The position numbers and the translations under genes are program-made. A stretch of 64,000 nucleotides of DNA from Geosiphon pyriformis uo1 (taxonomy: Eukaryota > Fungi > Glomeromycota): NCBI GenBank assembly GCA_016748015.1, contig JAAOMT010000187.1, positions 46,448 through 110,447 of the forward strand, read 5' to 3'. The number at the start of each line of letters is the position of its first letter. The stretch's first letter is position 1. The notes beneath the pieces are model-generated. The model had not been told where the DNA came from. It ran no database searches and worked only from the letters and a program-made list of their open reading frames with translations. This document shows positions 12,471-25,381 of the stretch, in pieces.

Positions 12471-15400
12471 GTTTTTTAATATATTGAATTTTTATTGGTT
12501 AAAGTATTTGGTTTTATAAAACATTTTTACAAATATTAAATAGATTATTAAATCTAAAAACTGCTCTGAGTTTGTATTATGTATTTGTTAGTCTAATTGT
12601 TGTCTTAAATTTGTGGTGTATTTGTTTTTGTATGATTTTAAGAATAAAATTAGTTGCTTGAATTCTAATTTCTGTTGGTACAGTGTTTTTTTAATTTGAA
12701 ATATTAGTAAATAAGAGTATATTTATTGCTTTTGTTAAGATACAATTAAAGTTTTTGTTGTATTATGGCATTTAGAAAAATATTAATAAAAATAAACAAT
12801 AAATTTTTTTTTAAAACTTGCTTTAAAAAGTTCTGGTAATTTTTAGAATAACTTCTTGTATTTTTTTTATAAAAGTAATAAATATAAAAACTGTTTACTA
12901 TTAGAACTGTAGTTTTTTTCTAAGTATAATTAATTTAATTTTTATTAATTATTATAAATAAATTTAGAAGTGTTTTTAAAACCAACATTAATTTTTGGAA
13001 TATTTGTTAAAATGTTTTAGAAAATGATTATTATAAATTATAAACATAAAAATAAAATTTAGAAATGAATAAAAAAAGAAAAAAATAATTAAAAAATAAT
13101 TATTTTTATTATATAAGTTTTTATATATTTTTAATTTTAAATGTTTTTTTGATAATTATTTTGTTTTTAATGTTTTTTATTTTTGAAAAAATATTAAAAC
13201 CAATAACTAAATTAAATATTCAAGTATATTTATTGTTTTATTACAATTATTGGTTTTAAATTTTAGAGAATATTTTTATAATTAATTAAAGAAAAATATA
13301 TATTAATTTGTAGAATTAATAATTTAGAATTGGTTTTAAAATAATAATGTTTCAATTAATTTTCATGTGTAAATTTTGCTAAAATCTTGTTATTTAATCT
13401 TAATTTATATGATTTATTGTCTAAAACTTTATAAATATAAAATGATCTATTTTATTTATAATTAAATTTTCTATTTTATTGTTTTTTAGCTTTAATTTTA
13501 TATAAAAAAACTTTGTTTTTAATTTTAAATTTGTTGGTGATAAATAATAATTTGTTATTATATTATTTTTTTTGTTAAGCTTAAAAGTATTTAATATAAG
13601 TGGCTGCAATTTATTGTTTTCTTTTTAATATATTAAAAAGAATATAAACTTTTCTTTTATAATTAGTTGTACTAAATATGTTTTTATGATAAAATTTATT
13701 AGTAATATTACTGTTTTTCTATAGATCAAATCAAATAATATGTTTTATGGTATTTTGTTTTAGTGTTCTGTATACTAGTAGTATTAATAAAATAAAAATA
13801 TTCTATTCTTGTTCAAATTGGTTAAAACTTTGGCTAATAATTTACATAATATTTAGTTGAATTGTTCTATCAAGTTATTTGTTTATAAATAATAAGATAA
13901 CAATAAAAGTTACTTAATATTAAATTATTCACAAATTTTTTTATAAAATTGTTTACAAAATGTGTTTTTTAATTGAATAAAAATTCAATTGAACATTTAT
14001 ATCTACAAATAATATTTTTATAAATAAAATTTGTAATTGTTTTTGCATTGGTTTTTTGAATAGTTCTGGCTTTAAACTATTTGATAAAATAATCTATTGT
14101 AATTACAATATAACAATTTTCTTAATTGATAATAAAAAATGGTCTGATTAAATTGATATTAACTTTATTAAAAAGTTGTTCAACTTTAATTGGGTTTAAA
14201 GATTTAGTAATGTGAGGTTTTTTTTTTAACAACTATTATAAAATTTTATATATTGTCAAATGTTTTTTTACATGTAAAACCAAAAATAATGTTCAAGTAT
14301 TTTTTGGATTATATTATTTTTTCTTAAATATGCTAATAAAAAATCTATATACATGTTATATAAAATTTGTTTTGTTATACTAATTTGAATAAATTATTTA
14401 AGTTTTGGTAATTTTAATAATAAATTTTGTTGTAATGTAGAAAATATTGTTTTGTTTAATGTTATAATTAGTGTTTTTTAGCTAAAAACCAATTTTTTGA
14501 AATAGTAAGAGTCTTTAAATAATTTTTAATATTGTTGTAATTTTTAAGATCTATTGTTTATTAATTATTGTTGTTGAGTTAATAAATTATTAATGTTAAT
14601 TTTAATTTTGTCTTATTTTTGAAAAGCTATTTATATTGTTGTGTAATTTTTTTGGTTTATAATAAACAATATATTTATAATTAGTAAAAAAATTAGTTTA
14701 TTATATTTGTTTTGTATTTAATTCAAATTTTTTTTTATTAAGTTATTTGAGGCCAATATTATTAGTAATAATATTGAATTTTTTTCTATTTTAGAGGTAT
14801 TGTTAAAAATGTTTAAAAGCTGAAATAATAACTGTTGTTTCTAATTTAATAAAGCTATATTTAAGTTTTGTTAGTTTAAAAATTTTATTAGTATAGATAA
14901 TTATTTACTTATTGTTATTATTATTTAATTATAATAAGATAATATCAAATACTATATAAAAAGCATTAATAACTAATTAAAATTGTTTGTTAAAGTTTGA
15001 ATAAACAAAAAATTAAAGCTATTGTTAATTTTTCTTTAAAAGTATTAAAGATTTTTTGTTGTGCTAAAGTCTATTAATATTTTACATTTTTGTTAATTAA
15101 ATAGTTAAAAAATTTGGTAATTTCAGAAAATTTTTTGATGAATTTCTAATAGTAAAAAACTAATTCAATAAATTTTTCTTAATTTAATAATATTTAAAAA
15201 ACTTTGAAATTTTTTACAATATCAATTGTTTTTAAGTTAAATAAGACTTCATTTTTATTAATAATATGTTTAAGAAAAATTAAATTTGTTTTTTCAAAAT
15301 AATATTTTTAATGTTTAATTTTAATCTTGCTTTTCATAATTTTTAAAATACTTTTTGTAAATAGACTAAATAAGCTTTAAAAGTTAGAAAAGAGATATTA

Positions 15401-15549
15401 ATATTATTAAGATAAATAACTACTGACTATTATAAAAGTTTTTTATAAACAATATTTATAAGTTATTAGAATATTGCTTATATTGCAAAGTTTAAAAGAC
15501 ATTATATTAAATTTATAGGTTTTTTCTTAAGTAATAAAGCTGTTTTAAA

Positions 15550-16300
15550 ACAGTATTATATATAGAAAAAAACAAAAATAAATAAATTATAAAAATACAA
15601 AATAAAAAAAACACATAATATTAAAATAACTAATTAGAAATAAGAATAAAAAAATTTTTTTAGAAAATTTTAGATCTTTTAAGAAATCATGAATTTTTCA
15701 AAAAATCCTAAATTTTTTAGGAAATTTAATAAAAAAAAGTAAAAATCTTGTATAATAGAAAATATGTATATATAATAATAATATTAAAAATAAAAAGACA
15801 AACAAGTAATTAGAAATAAGTTTTTAGCAATTAATAGTTAACAACAAATATTTAGAAAATACTTTTTTTTTTAAAAGTTAATTTTTTATATTTTGAAATA
15901 AAATTATTTAAATATCAAATAAAATTATTATTTATTATCTAATTTATATTATTCTTTCTATTGGATTAAAATTGTTATTTTTTAATTCTATTAGCAATTT
16001 ATGTTGATAATATTTACTTAACTATATTAAACCAATAATTTTTAATTATAGCTATTAATAGAATATTAATTTTTTATTTCTTTTTTATATTTTTTATATT
16101 TTTTACTAATTAATTAAAGAATTAAGTACTAAGATATTAAGATCAAAAATAGTTTAGTAAAAAATCTGTAAAACAAAAATGATAAACTTAAAAAAAAAAT
16201 AGTTTATTAAAAAAGCACAATTGTCAAATTAAACCAGTTTTTATGCTAAAAAAAAAAATTTAAAAAGAAATTATAATTAAATTTCTGTTTATTATACAAT
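15550..16300 (+). mobile_element. Decayed, truncated LTR of the A/B superfamily
   Basis: AAATCTTGTATAATA...TATATA box and TTTCTGTTTATTATACAA match the solo LTR 43668-44643. Confidence 0.6.
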
Positions 16301-18156
16301 CAAGTTTGCTAAAAATACTTTTTTTTATTAATCTTTTAGCCACAACAAGAGAATAAATTTCTTGAAGTTTTAATTAAATTTTTTTTTTCTCTTTTTGTGT
16401 CTCCTCTAATTATTTTTTCTAACTTACCTCTTTTTATTGCAATAAATCCAATAAGTGCTTTTGCTGATGGTTTTAGTTCAGGTTCAGCTGGTTTGAAGAT
16501 CTGCTCAAGTGCAAAGAAAAAATGTGTAAAGAGTGTTTATTCTTATAGTGTGTCTTATAAAAAACTAAAAAAGTCTGTTGTAAATATTAGTGTGATTAAT
16601 TTATCTGCTAGCCCTTTAAATTTTGATAATGTTAATGTCTTTAGTGGAAAGTTTGTGATGTTGTAGGGTAGTAAAATTGGCAGCAAAACCAGTAGTATCA
16701 GTGATTTTTCAGATGTAGAAAATATAAAAAATTTGGTTGCCAAGAAAACAAACTATGCTAATTTAGATAATTTAGTAATTAATAATATTATGGACAATAT
16801 TATACTGCAGAAAACTTACACTTGTATATATGTGTTAGAACAATCTTCAAAAGCTCTTGTGTTTGTGAATTTGAGTGATGACAATGACATTTTAATGTTT
16901 CTGTTATTTAAGTTTGATGGTTTTAAACAGCTTTTATTGACCAGATTATGTGTTTTGAAAAAATAAAGTTTTAATTTGGCAAAGTTGTTTACATTGAATA
17001 TTGAGTTTTTTGCCATTCCTGACAAAACTTTGGGTGATAAATTAATGTGTGTTAAAAAAATTTTTTATTGTGTAGATGGTTTTGAGGAAGCATCTATTTT
17101 CTCTAAATTTCTAAAGATAATTAGATTTTTTTTAATATCTGAACTAAGTTTGAAAAAGACTAAGAAAATGGCTGTTAGTAAGAAGATTTTGGTTAATAAT
17201 AATGTCAAAAAGATAAACAACCACTTGAATTAGGAAGTGATAATTAAAGAAATTTTTGTTGATTTTTCAAAATTGGCTGTGGAATCAGTTTTTTTTAAGT
17301 TTGATAAGATCTTGTCAATCAAAATATAATTAATTGGTCTTTGACAAAAGATTTTAGTGGAATATAAATTATTTGAGATAGCTGATTTAGTTACAGCTAG
17401 ATAGTCTGTGCTTATGAGAAAGAACTCTGTTTATGTGGCAAAAGTAATTAGTAATAAACATACATGAATATTCAAGAATTAACATTAGGCTTTGTTGTAT
17501 ATTTTGCCTATTGAAACTACAGCTTATGACTTTTTTAATTTGTTGGATTCTTATAATAAGAAAACATGCTTTATTGGCCATAATCCGAATTTATATGTAC
17601 ATAATAAATGCACTGTGGTTTGTTTTTTTGATGAGACATTCAAGATAGCTGCTATTGATTCTGTTCTAATTTTCAAGAGTGTGAATTTGTGCTGAGCTGG
17701 TCTTTCCTTGGTATGTTGTGCTCTGTATAAACAATTTAGTCATGTTTCTGGTGTGTGTTTAATAGATAGAAATCTTGGTGCTTGTGATAAGCAAGTAGTA
17801 ACTTCTCAAGATCAAATTTGTTTAGCCAACATATATAAAAAGAAGCAGACACCAATTGTTCATTCAGTTTTTTTTGGCAGCAAATCTTGGGCTCAGGTGG
17901 TTTTGTTTGCTACTTTTTTTGGTAGTAGTTTAGAGTCAGATTCTGGTTCTGGTTTTTACTTTTCTAGTGGCCTGTATGTTAAAGAAAATTTGTCAATTGT
18001 TTATGATAATTCATTTATTGTTGATTGTCTTGCTTCTTTAGAGTGTTCTTTAGAACTTTTGGCTAATCAGATATCAAATATTATGTAAAAACTAAATAAT
18101 ATGGAGCTGGTGTTTCTGGTGTCTGTTTTTTATGTTGTATTTTTAGTTGTTCCTGT

Positions 18157-19022
18157 TGTTACTCATAAAAAGAAAACAGATATAGAAAATAGCAGACCAA
18201 TAAGAGAATAGTATTTAGCATGTGAGCACATTGCTCAACAATGTGGAGCAATATTAGAAATCATGACACATTGCTCAGCAATGTGGAGCAATGTCAGAAA
18301 ACATGGCACATTGCTCAACAATATGGAGCAATATTAGAAAATTAGAGCACATCGCTCAGCAATATGAGTATTGCTCAAGAAATTATAGCACATTGCTTGG
18401 AAATGTAAGCGATCTCATAGAACATTAATCATGTATATATAGCAGTAGTATTAAAAGTAGAAAAAATAAGAATCCTTTAGTTAGAAATCTCCCATTTACA
18501 AATATTGAATAAATAAATTATTTACCATCCAAATCCACTTTTTACTATCAACACTCCATGTTGATAGCAATTGATACCTAACCACACTGGAACAATAGCT
18601 CTTAATCATGGCTATTGACAGATATTAACTTGTGTATTGCCTTGGCTCATTTCTTTATGTCATTTTTTTTATTTTCTTGTCTTAATTGTTGTTATTACTA
18701 ACTCTATTGAGGATTAATGCGCAGAGTACTGACATCAAGATATAGCACTAATAAAAGACCCAAAAATAAGAGTAGAATACTCAATTGAGGTTAGCTTACC
18801 AGAAGAAATACCAGCCATCATGCTAAGAAAAAAATTGACAAAACTGTGGTTTTGGGAAGCTATGGATAAAACTATTACCACTGAATCTCTGTCCATTATA
18901 CAAAAGACTCAACCAAAACCTTCAGATAAACACACTTTTAGATTGCCATCATCGACAATAGCCTTAAGCACCAAATTATGGATTTGTTATTTACTCCAAC
19001 AACCAAGTAAACACTTGTAATA
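18157..19022 (+). repeat. 5' LTR of element A (866 bp)
   Basis: Direct repeat of 27469-28315 with one 19-bp indel in the U3 tandem array; TATATATA box near 18435. Confidence 0.95.
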
Positions 19023-19024
19023 TT

Positions 19025-19041
19025 TGGTGCTCCCTGTGAGG
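19025..19041 (+). promoter_or_regulatory. Primer-binding site of element A
   Basis: TGGTGCTCCCTGTGAGG, 2 nt after the LTR, complementary to a tRNA 3' end ending CCA. Confidence 0.85.
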
Positions 19042-19082
19042 TATAATCTTACAGAGAACCAGTACCAACAAATAAATCAACA

Positions 19083-22000
19083 GTGGCAGAATCAAAAAGT
19101 ATAGGAGCAAACCATTTAGGATTCGTGAAATCTTTATTTCAACACTACTGTCAACACTTGGGATTGAACCACAATCAGATATCAGCAGAATCAGTCTTCA
19201 ATTTCTATGTCAACAAAAGAATTGCCTATTTGTTAGGAACATTAGTAAACACTGAATTAGCAAGAAAAACTTTTTACCACAAATTAATTCAAAACACCAG
19301 CTTACCAACAAATTATAATTTTGCATCCATCATCACTGAGATTAATAAAGAAATTAAACATCACACACAACAAAGATACCCAATCACTTATGCCAGTAAA
19401 GACAAAAAAAAATTACAAACACTGGCAGTAACATCTCAATAGATCCAACCACCCACTTGGAAGAAACACAGAATTGAATCATCTACAAATCCATCATATT
19501 ATTATACTCCTGAAAGTGTTATCAATATCACATTAGCAGGTGCATTTACATCAAATGCAACATCAACATTTAGACGATTTCCATTTCAAAGTAAACAAAA
19601 GAAAGAAGATCTATTAGGACCATATAGCACATACTTCAAAGAATTCAAATCGAGATCACCAACACCATCAGAAATTCAATCACCACCACTTCAACCAGAT
19701 TTCGGAATTACTGATCTGTGGGAACCAACCAAATCAGAAAAAGAACAAGAAAAAGAAGAGGAAAAAGAATCTGAAGATCAAGAATTCACTTATCAGAACC
19801 TGATTACTAAGAACCTGGATATAGAAATCCCGAATTTTTAGATTCAACAAGATCAAAATCTAGAAAATCCAGAAATCAAAACTCTGCCAAATCAGAATAA
19901 CCAAAACCCTGACTTAATTAATCAACAAAACTTATCTTCAAATATTGTCATCAATCAGCCACCAATTGAACCGATTATTAAACTAATTTAACAGCAGCAA
20001 ATACCTCTTTAACAGCCACCACTACAGCAACTTATCCAGCAACCAGTTTAGCAACTACAACAACTGCTTTAACCACCAATACAACAACAGCAACCAATTG
20101 TGCCAATGGCTTTTGCACCAATCGCAAAACTTGAAAAGTTTACCAGTAAAAAAGACGATGCCCAGGCATGGATCAATGACATCACCAAAGCCATTACTGC
20201 AAACAATTGAGATGATGCAAAAAAAATGCAAGTCATCTCATATTTCCTAAAGGATACTGTCAACTCATGGTATCATAGCTTGGCCTAGAAACCCCAAAAT
20301 TTTAATGTATTTAAAATAGAATTCCTAAGATATTTCAGTAATAATAACAGCATTAACCACCTGGCAAGTACTTTTACCACTCTAAAACAAGAGGACACAG
20401 AAGCAGTCACCATCTACTTGGGACACTTCCACAGAAATCTGTACCAAATTCAAGCTATTCAAGCTGATTACTTTACAGTGCCACAAATCTTAAATCAGTT
20501 CATTAGAGACTTACACAGCAGCATTCTCTAATAAGTATGTCCAATGTATCTGGTAGATCTTCCTACTGCAGTCACTCAGGCAAAAGATTTTGAAGCTGCT
20601 GAGTTAGAAGCCAACCACACCCAAGCTGTAAATTTAGTAATGAATGGATCATCTGACTTGGATTCTAAACTGAAACAATTTAGTAATTCCATTAATCAGA
20701 AATTAGAGAGATACTTAGCTGACAATTGCCCAATTTATTAGTCTTCTCCACAACATAATAATCAGAGAAATGTGAATTGTTTCCAAAATCAGTCATGTCT
20801 ATCATCATCAACAAATCAGCTGTGGCAACAAGAAACACAAATTTGCCACAACTGTGGTAAACAAGGTCATCTTAGAGCCGATTGCTGTGCTTATAGTAAC
20901 CCATGATCGGGAAATCAATATTGGAATCCCAATCGCTGGTTCCCAACTCCGAATTATTACTTGAATCAAAATCAATATCAATCTACTTACCTGTCAATGA
21001 TGCCACTGTCAATCTATCAAACACTGATATATCAACCTCAAATATATCAATCACAGCCACTTGTAATATATTAACCACAGCCACAAATAATCTATCAATC
21101 ACAACAAACAATTCAAACACCACCACAAAACCCAGCTATGATAACATCCAGAAACCCCAGATCCAGAGTAACCCAAAACTGGAGATCGGCAATGGTGGTT
21201 CACCAACCAATCCCCAATTCAACAAATCAATCATCAGGATTATACCAGTGGAGTTCAGGAACCAGATATAACCAAAACCCAAGTTCCCAGAACTATTTAA
21301 GTCTTCTGATTACCCCAGAAAATACTGCATTCAGCAAACAGGAAACCAACTAGAAGCCACTTACTTGCAACATTCTACCAGCTGCCAGCACTGAAGATGA
21401 ATTACTTGCTGCCATATTCCCATTTGAACTTGAGAAAATTATGTCAGTTCTATTGTTCAGTGGAGTCATTTTGAACACCAAACCAATAACTGCGATGTAT
21501 ACTGATGCTAAAGTCGATGGTCAATATATCAAACTGATCTTGGATAGTGGATTAGCTAGCAGCATCATCACCAAATAATTCATGGATCAATTAGGTTGCC
21601 AAGTTAACAGAGCTGCCAGTGCAAGAATTATCACAGCTGATAAAGCAACCAAAACTCTTATTGGTGAGATTGACAACTTTCTGTTTGAAGTCAATGGCAT
21701 TATAGTCCCTATTAAAGTTTTGGTGATGGAAGCCACTTAATACTAAGCACTAGTTGATAATGACTGGCTCACTAAAACAAACGCCATATTTGATTGGACA
21801 ACACAAGAGCTCCAACTCAGCCAAAATGGTCGGCATACATATGTACCAGCCACGTGTGGCCATTTTAAGACCATCAACACACCAGCACCACTCATCGAGT
21901 TTAAGAAAGAAGAGAAAAAACCTATCTGGGAAGCCTATCAAATCTCATGGGCTGACGACGACCACAACAAACTACTGCCAATACTTTTCTGGGACAACAA

Positions 22001-25000
22001 TGATAATGAAAAAAGAAAACAAAGAAAAAAACATATCTGCAGAACCACCATCAATGCTTGGACTGATGACAACCAAAGTGAGTTGCTACCAACAATAAGC
22101 TGGAAGAAAAAAGGGAAAGGAAAAAAAAAAGAAGAAAATGTATTTGGAGAAATCAAATTAACAGAAAACACAACCAAAGGATAGACAAGCTCATATTTTG
22201 TTTGCCAGCTACCACAGCCACCATTTATTCTACTTAAATGCAAAGACTGTGGAAAGAAACTCTCGTCCATGGGAGCATGGATTGCACCAAATGAAGACCA
22301 CTGGACATGAACACATTATTACTGCAAACTGTGTTATCGCAAATGCTACGGATATCCAAAGTGCCAAGACAAGTGAGACAACAAACCATGTCTTACTTGT
22401 GGTGAACAGCTACTCGACAAAGGGATGTGAAATGACATTCCTGGTCGAGGAGAAACATGCAACATTTCATGCCAGTACACGATTCTCATTAGTGATTAGG
22501 TGAGTCATGGCATGCCCATAATAGCAGCTTGGCATAGAACAATTAACTGATTGGATGGCTATTCACATAATGAGGACAAGATCTAGCAAATAGCAAATGC
22601 CAAAGTCCAAGGAGTTATGCCCAATAAAATTCTGGAAATTAAAAACAACTTGCCTAAACAAGTTGACATCATTCTTATTCTAAATCCAGACATCTTTCTC
22701 AACATAAAATTCAACCCAGAAGACTTCCATGAGCATTACCAAAACTTGGCACCTACAAGAGAGGAGCAGAAGCAGTAATTAGCACAGCTAAACACTCAAC
22801 TATGTGACCACTGTTTGATCCTATGTGACTTTCAATATTGTAATGAGTGTGATCTCATTTACAATCCACCAATCCACATGATTTACATGATCCCAGAAAA
22901 AAAAGAACCAATCAGCAGCTGCACATTGAAATTGGAATCAATTTTCAATCCTGATTTAAACTCCAACAATGATGACAATGAAAACACTAGTTCCAGTTCC
23001 ATTTAATATGGCAACAAAGATAACAGCAATTTGGACTCAGATCCAAACTCCAAAACATTTATAGCACTCTCTGATCTCACCAAAGAGCAAGAACTAAAGT
23101 GGTTCAGTAACAATAATGAAGGTATTATGCCAGAGTGTACACATGATACTGATGCAGGGTTTGATTTAAGATATCCTAAAAAAGATGCTATCAAATTAGA
23201 ACCACATTTGCATACTTGCATTGATTTGAAAATAGCACTGGAAATTTTAGCAACCACAATGGTTCAATTAACATCAAAGAGTAGTCTAGCAAAAAGAAGA
23301 ATCAACATCAGAGGAGGAATAATTGACACAGGATATGTGAGAAATATCATTGCTATACTACAAAACAATTCAGAAAAAGCCTATGTAATAGAGCCAAATG
23401 AAAAGATAGCGCAAGCAATATTCTTGCCTCTGGTCAAAATAGCTCAGTTAGTGTCAATGGGAAACAGAAAAGAATTAGGAATCACAGCTAGAGAGATACA
23501 GGAATTTGGATCAATGGATAGAGTAAATATACCAGTTAATATGGTGGAAGAAGAAATTATTGACAAGAGAGAAATTATCTCCACTGGTCAACCAATTTTC
23601 ATTCCACCATATGACCAATATATAGTAATCATAGAAAGGAAAGTGAAGGATCAGAACCAGATTTTTGAAGCAGAAGCAGCATGTTGTGAATCAGAAGAAA
23701 TTGAACTCATTAATTTCCACATACCAGCCAGAAACTATAGCCACATCAAAATTCTTATTTACAATAACACTGGAAAGGTTATAGAAATACCAAAAAGAAC
23801 CATCATAGGACATTTAACTACTAAAATAGAGGACCAACCACCAAACTCTGTTCCAGACTTTCTACAGCTTTGTGGATATGTTAATATCACATAACAAACA
23901 ATATATGGACAAAATAAATATTATTTGCTCCAACCAGAACAATTGGAACAAATGAACATAGAGAATCTAAACCTACTCTAATGCATGCAGCTGAAGATAT
24001 TGCTCAACAAGTTCAATGACATCTTTGTCAGTAAGAATAAATTTGGCAAAACTGACATTATTCAGCACCAGATCAAAACTGGAGATACTATGCCAATAAA
24101 ACAACAAGCATACAGAGTACCACCCACCAGCCATGAGATCATTTGTAAAGAAATCAACCAGATGCTCGCCAATGGATTAATTCAGTCATTAATGAGCCTA
24201 TGGTCATCACCAGTAGTATTTGTCCAGAAAAAAAATAGGAAAATCCACTTTTGCATAGACTACAAAAAGCTTAATAGAGTCATGCATAGAGATAGCTATC
24301 CAACTCCATGAATTCAGGAATTATTTGATGCTTTTGGGGAAAACAAATGGTTCTCAACATTGGATTTAGATAGTGGTTATTGGCAAGTAGCCATGGATTC
24401 AGTGGACAAAGAAAAGACCGCATTCACAACATGAGAGGAAAATTTTGAATTCAAAGTGATGTCATTTGGCTTAACAAATGTGCCAGTCATATTCCAATGG
24501 CTAATAGAAATAGTATATACTGGCTTATTGTGGAAATTAGTAGTCGTTTATTTAGATGACATCAATGTGTTCTCCAAAACATTTGATGATTATTTGCATT
24601 ATCTACAACAAGTGTTTAAAAGGCTACAATGAGTAGGGCTAAAGTTAAACACCAATAAGTGCTTCTTTGGCAAGACAGAATTAAACTTTTTAGGGCACAT
24701 AGTAAGCAAAAACGGCATCAAAATGGATTCAGAAAAGATAGAAATAGTCAAGAACTTTCCAGTATTAACCAATGTGATGGAGTTAAAATCATTCTTGGGA
24801 TTCGCAGGCTATTATTGATGCTTTATCAAAAACTTTTCTAAGATACCTCAACCACTCAATCATCTCCAAACCAAAAATGTGAAATATGAATGGACAGAAA
24901 CACAACAAGAAGCTTTTGATATTCTGAAAAGAAAGCTTATACAAGCTCTAGTACTAATCTATTCAGATCATAACAAACCATTCATCATTACTACTAATGC

Positions 25001-25352
25001 ATCAGGCCAAGCATTGAAAGCAGTAATATTACAGAAAAGACTGGATGGAAAAGAACATCTAGTTGTATATGCCAGCCGAGGTTTAACTCCAGCTGAAAGA
25101 AATTATGGAACACCAGAATTAGAACATTTAGCAATTTATTGGGCAGTTATGAAATAAAGTGAATACTTGAGCCAGAAATTTGATGTATACACAGACCACA
25201 AGGAATTAACAGTACTTTATAAACAGAAATTTGGAGATGGAAGACAATCAAGATAGAAAATGGCACTATTACCATATACTTACACTATACATTATAAAAA
25301 GGGAAAAGACAATGGAAATGCTGATAATTTGTCATGAATGAGACAAATTTAA
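19083..25352 (+). pseudogene. gag-pol of element A (capsid, CCHC knuckle, aspartic protease, Cys-rich insert, dUTPase, RT, RNase H)
   Basis: MAFAPIAKLEKF (20106), CHNCGKQGHLRADC (~20845), LILDSG (~21535), WSSPVV..FCIDYKKLN (24200), YLDDINVF (24548), YTDH (25187), NADNLS (25317). Most stops are TGA/TAG/TAA at Trp/Gln/Arg positions. Confidence 0.92.
23120..23520 (+). pseudogene. Trimeric dUTPase domain inside pol of element A
   Basis: All five motifs recognisable: AGFDL, SKSSLA (RSS), GIIDTGYVR (GxIDxGYxG), EKIAQAIF, REIQEFGSM (RGxxGFGS). Confidence 0.92.
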
Positions 25353-25381
25353 AACATCTCAACACAAAAATATAACAAAAG

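Noticed and set aside
5400-16300. Mitochondrial/endosymbiont insertion, alternative genetic code, or centromere
   Set aside because: Much of it aligns colinearly to nuclear TE families in the window; stops are of all three types, consistent with C>T decay; centromere status cannot be judged from sequence alone
18225-18420. CRISPR-like array of palindromic repeats
   Set aside because: The intervening sequences are themselves repeated, the array lies within LTR U3, the context is eukaryotic and no cas genes are present
18820-19020. 66-79 aa ORF in LTR U5 as a real gene
   Set aside because: Open in both A LTRs only because they are copies; frame not kept in B and broken in the solo LTR
20903-21271. 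Ser/Thr-rich 122-aa mucin-like ORF
   Set aside because: Alternate frame of the Gln/Pro-rich (IYQP) gag-protease linker
23031-23894. Host DUT1 gene
   Set aside because: No introns, embedded in pol, and repeated at the same position in element B
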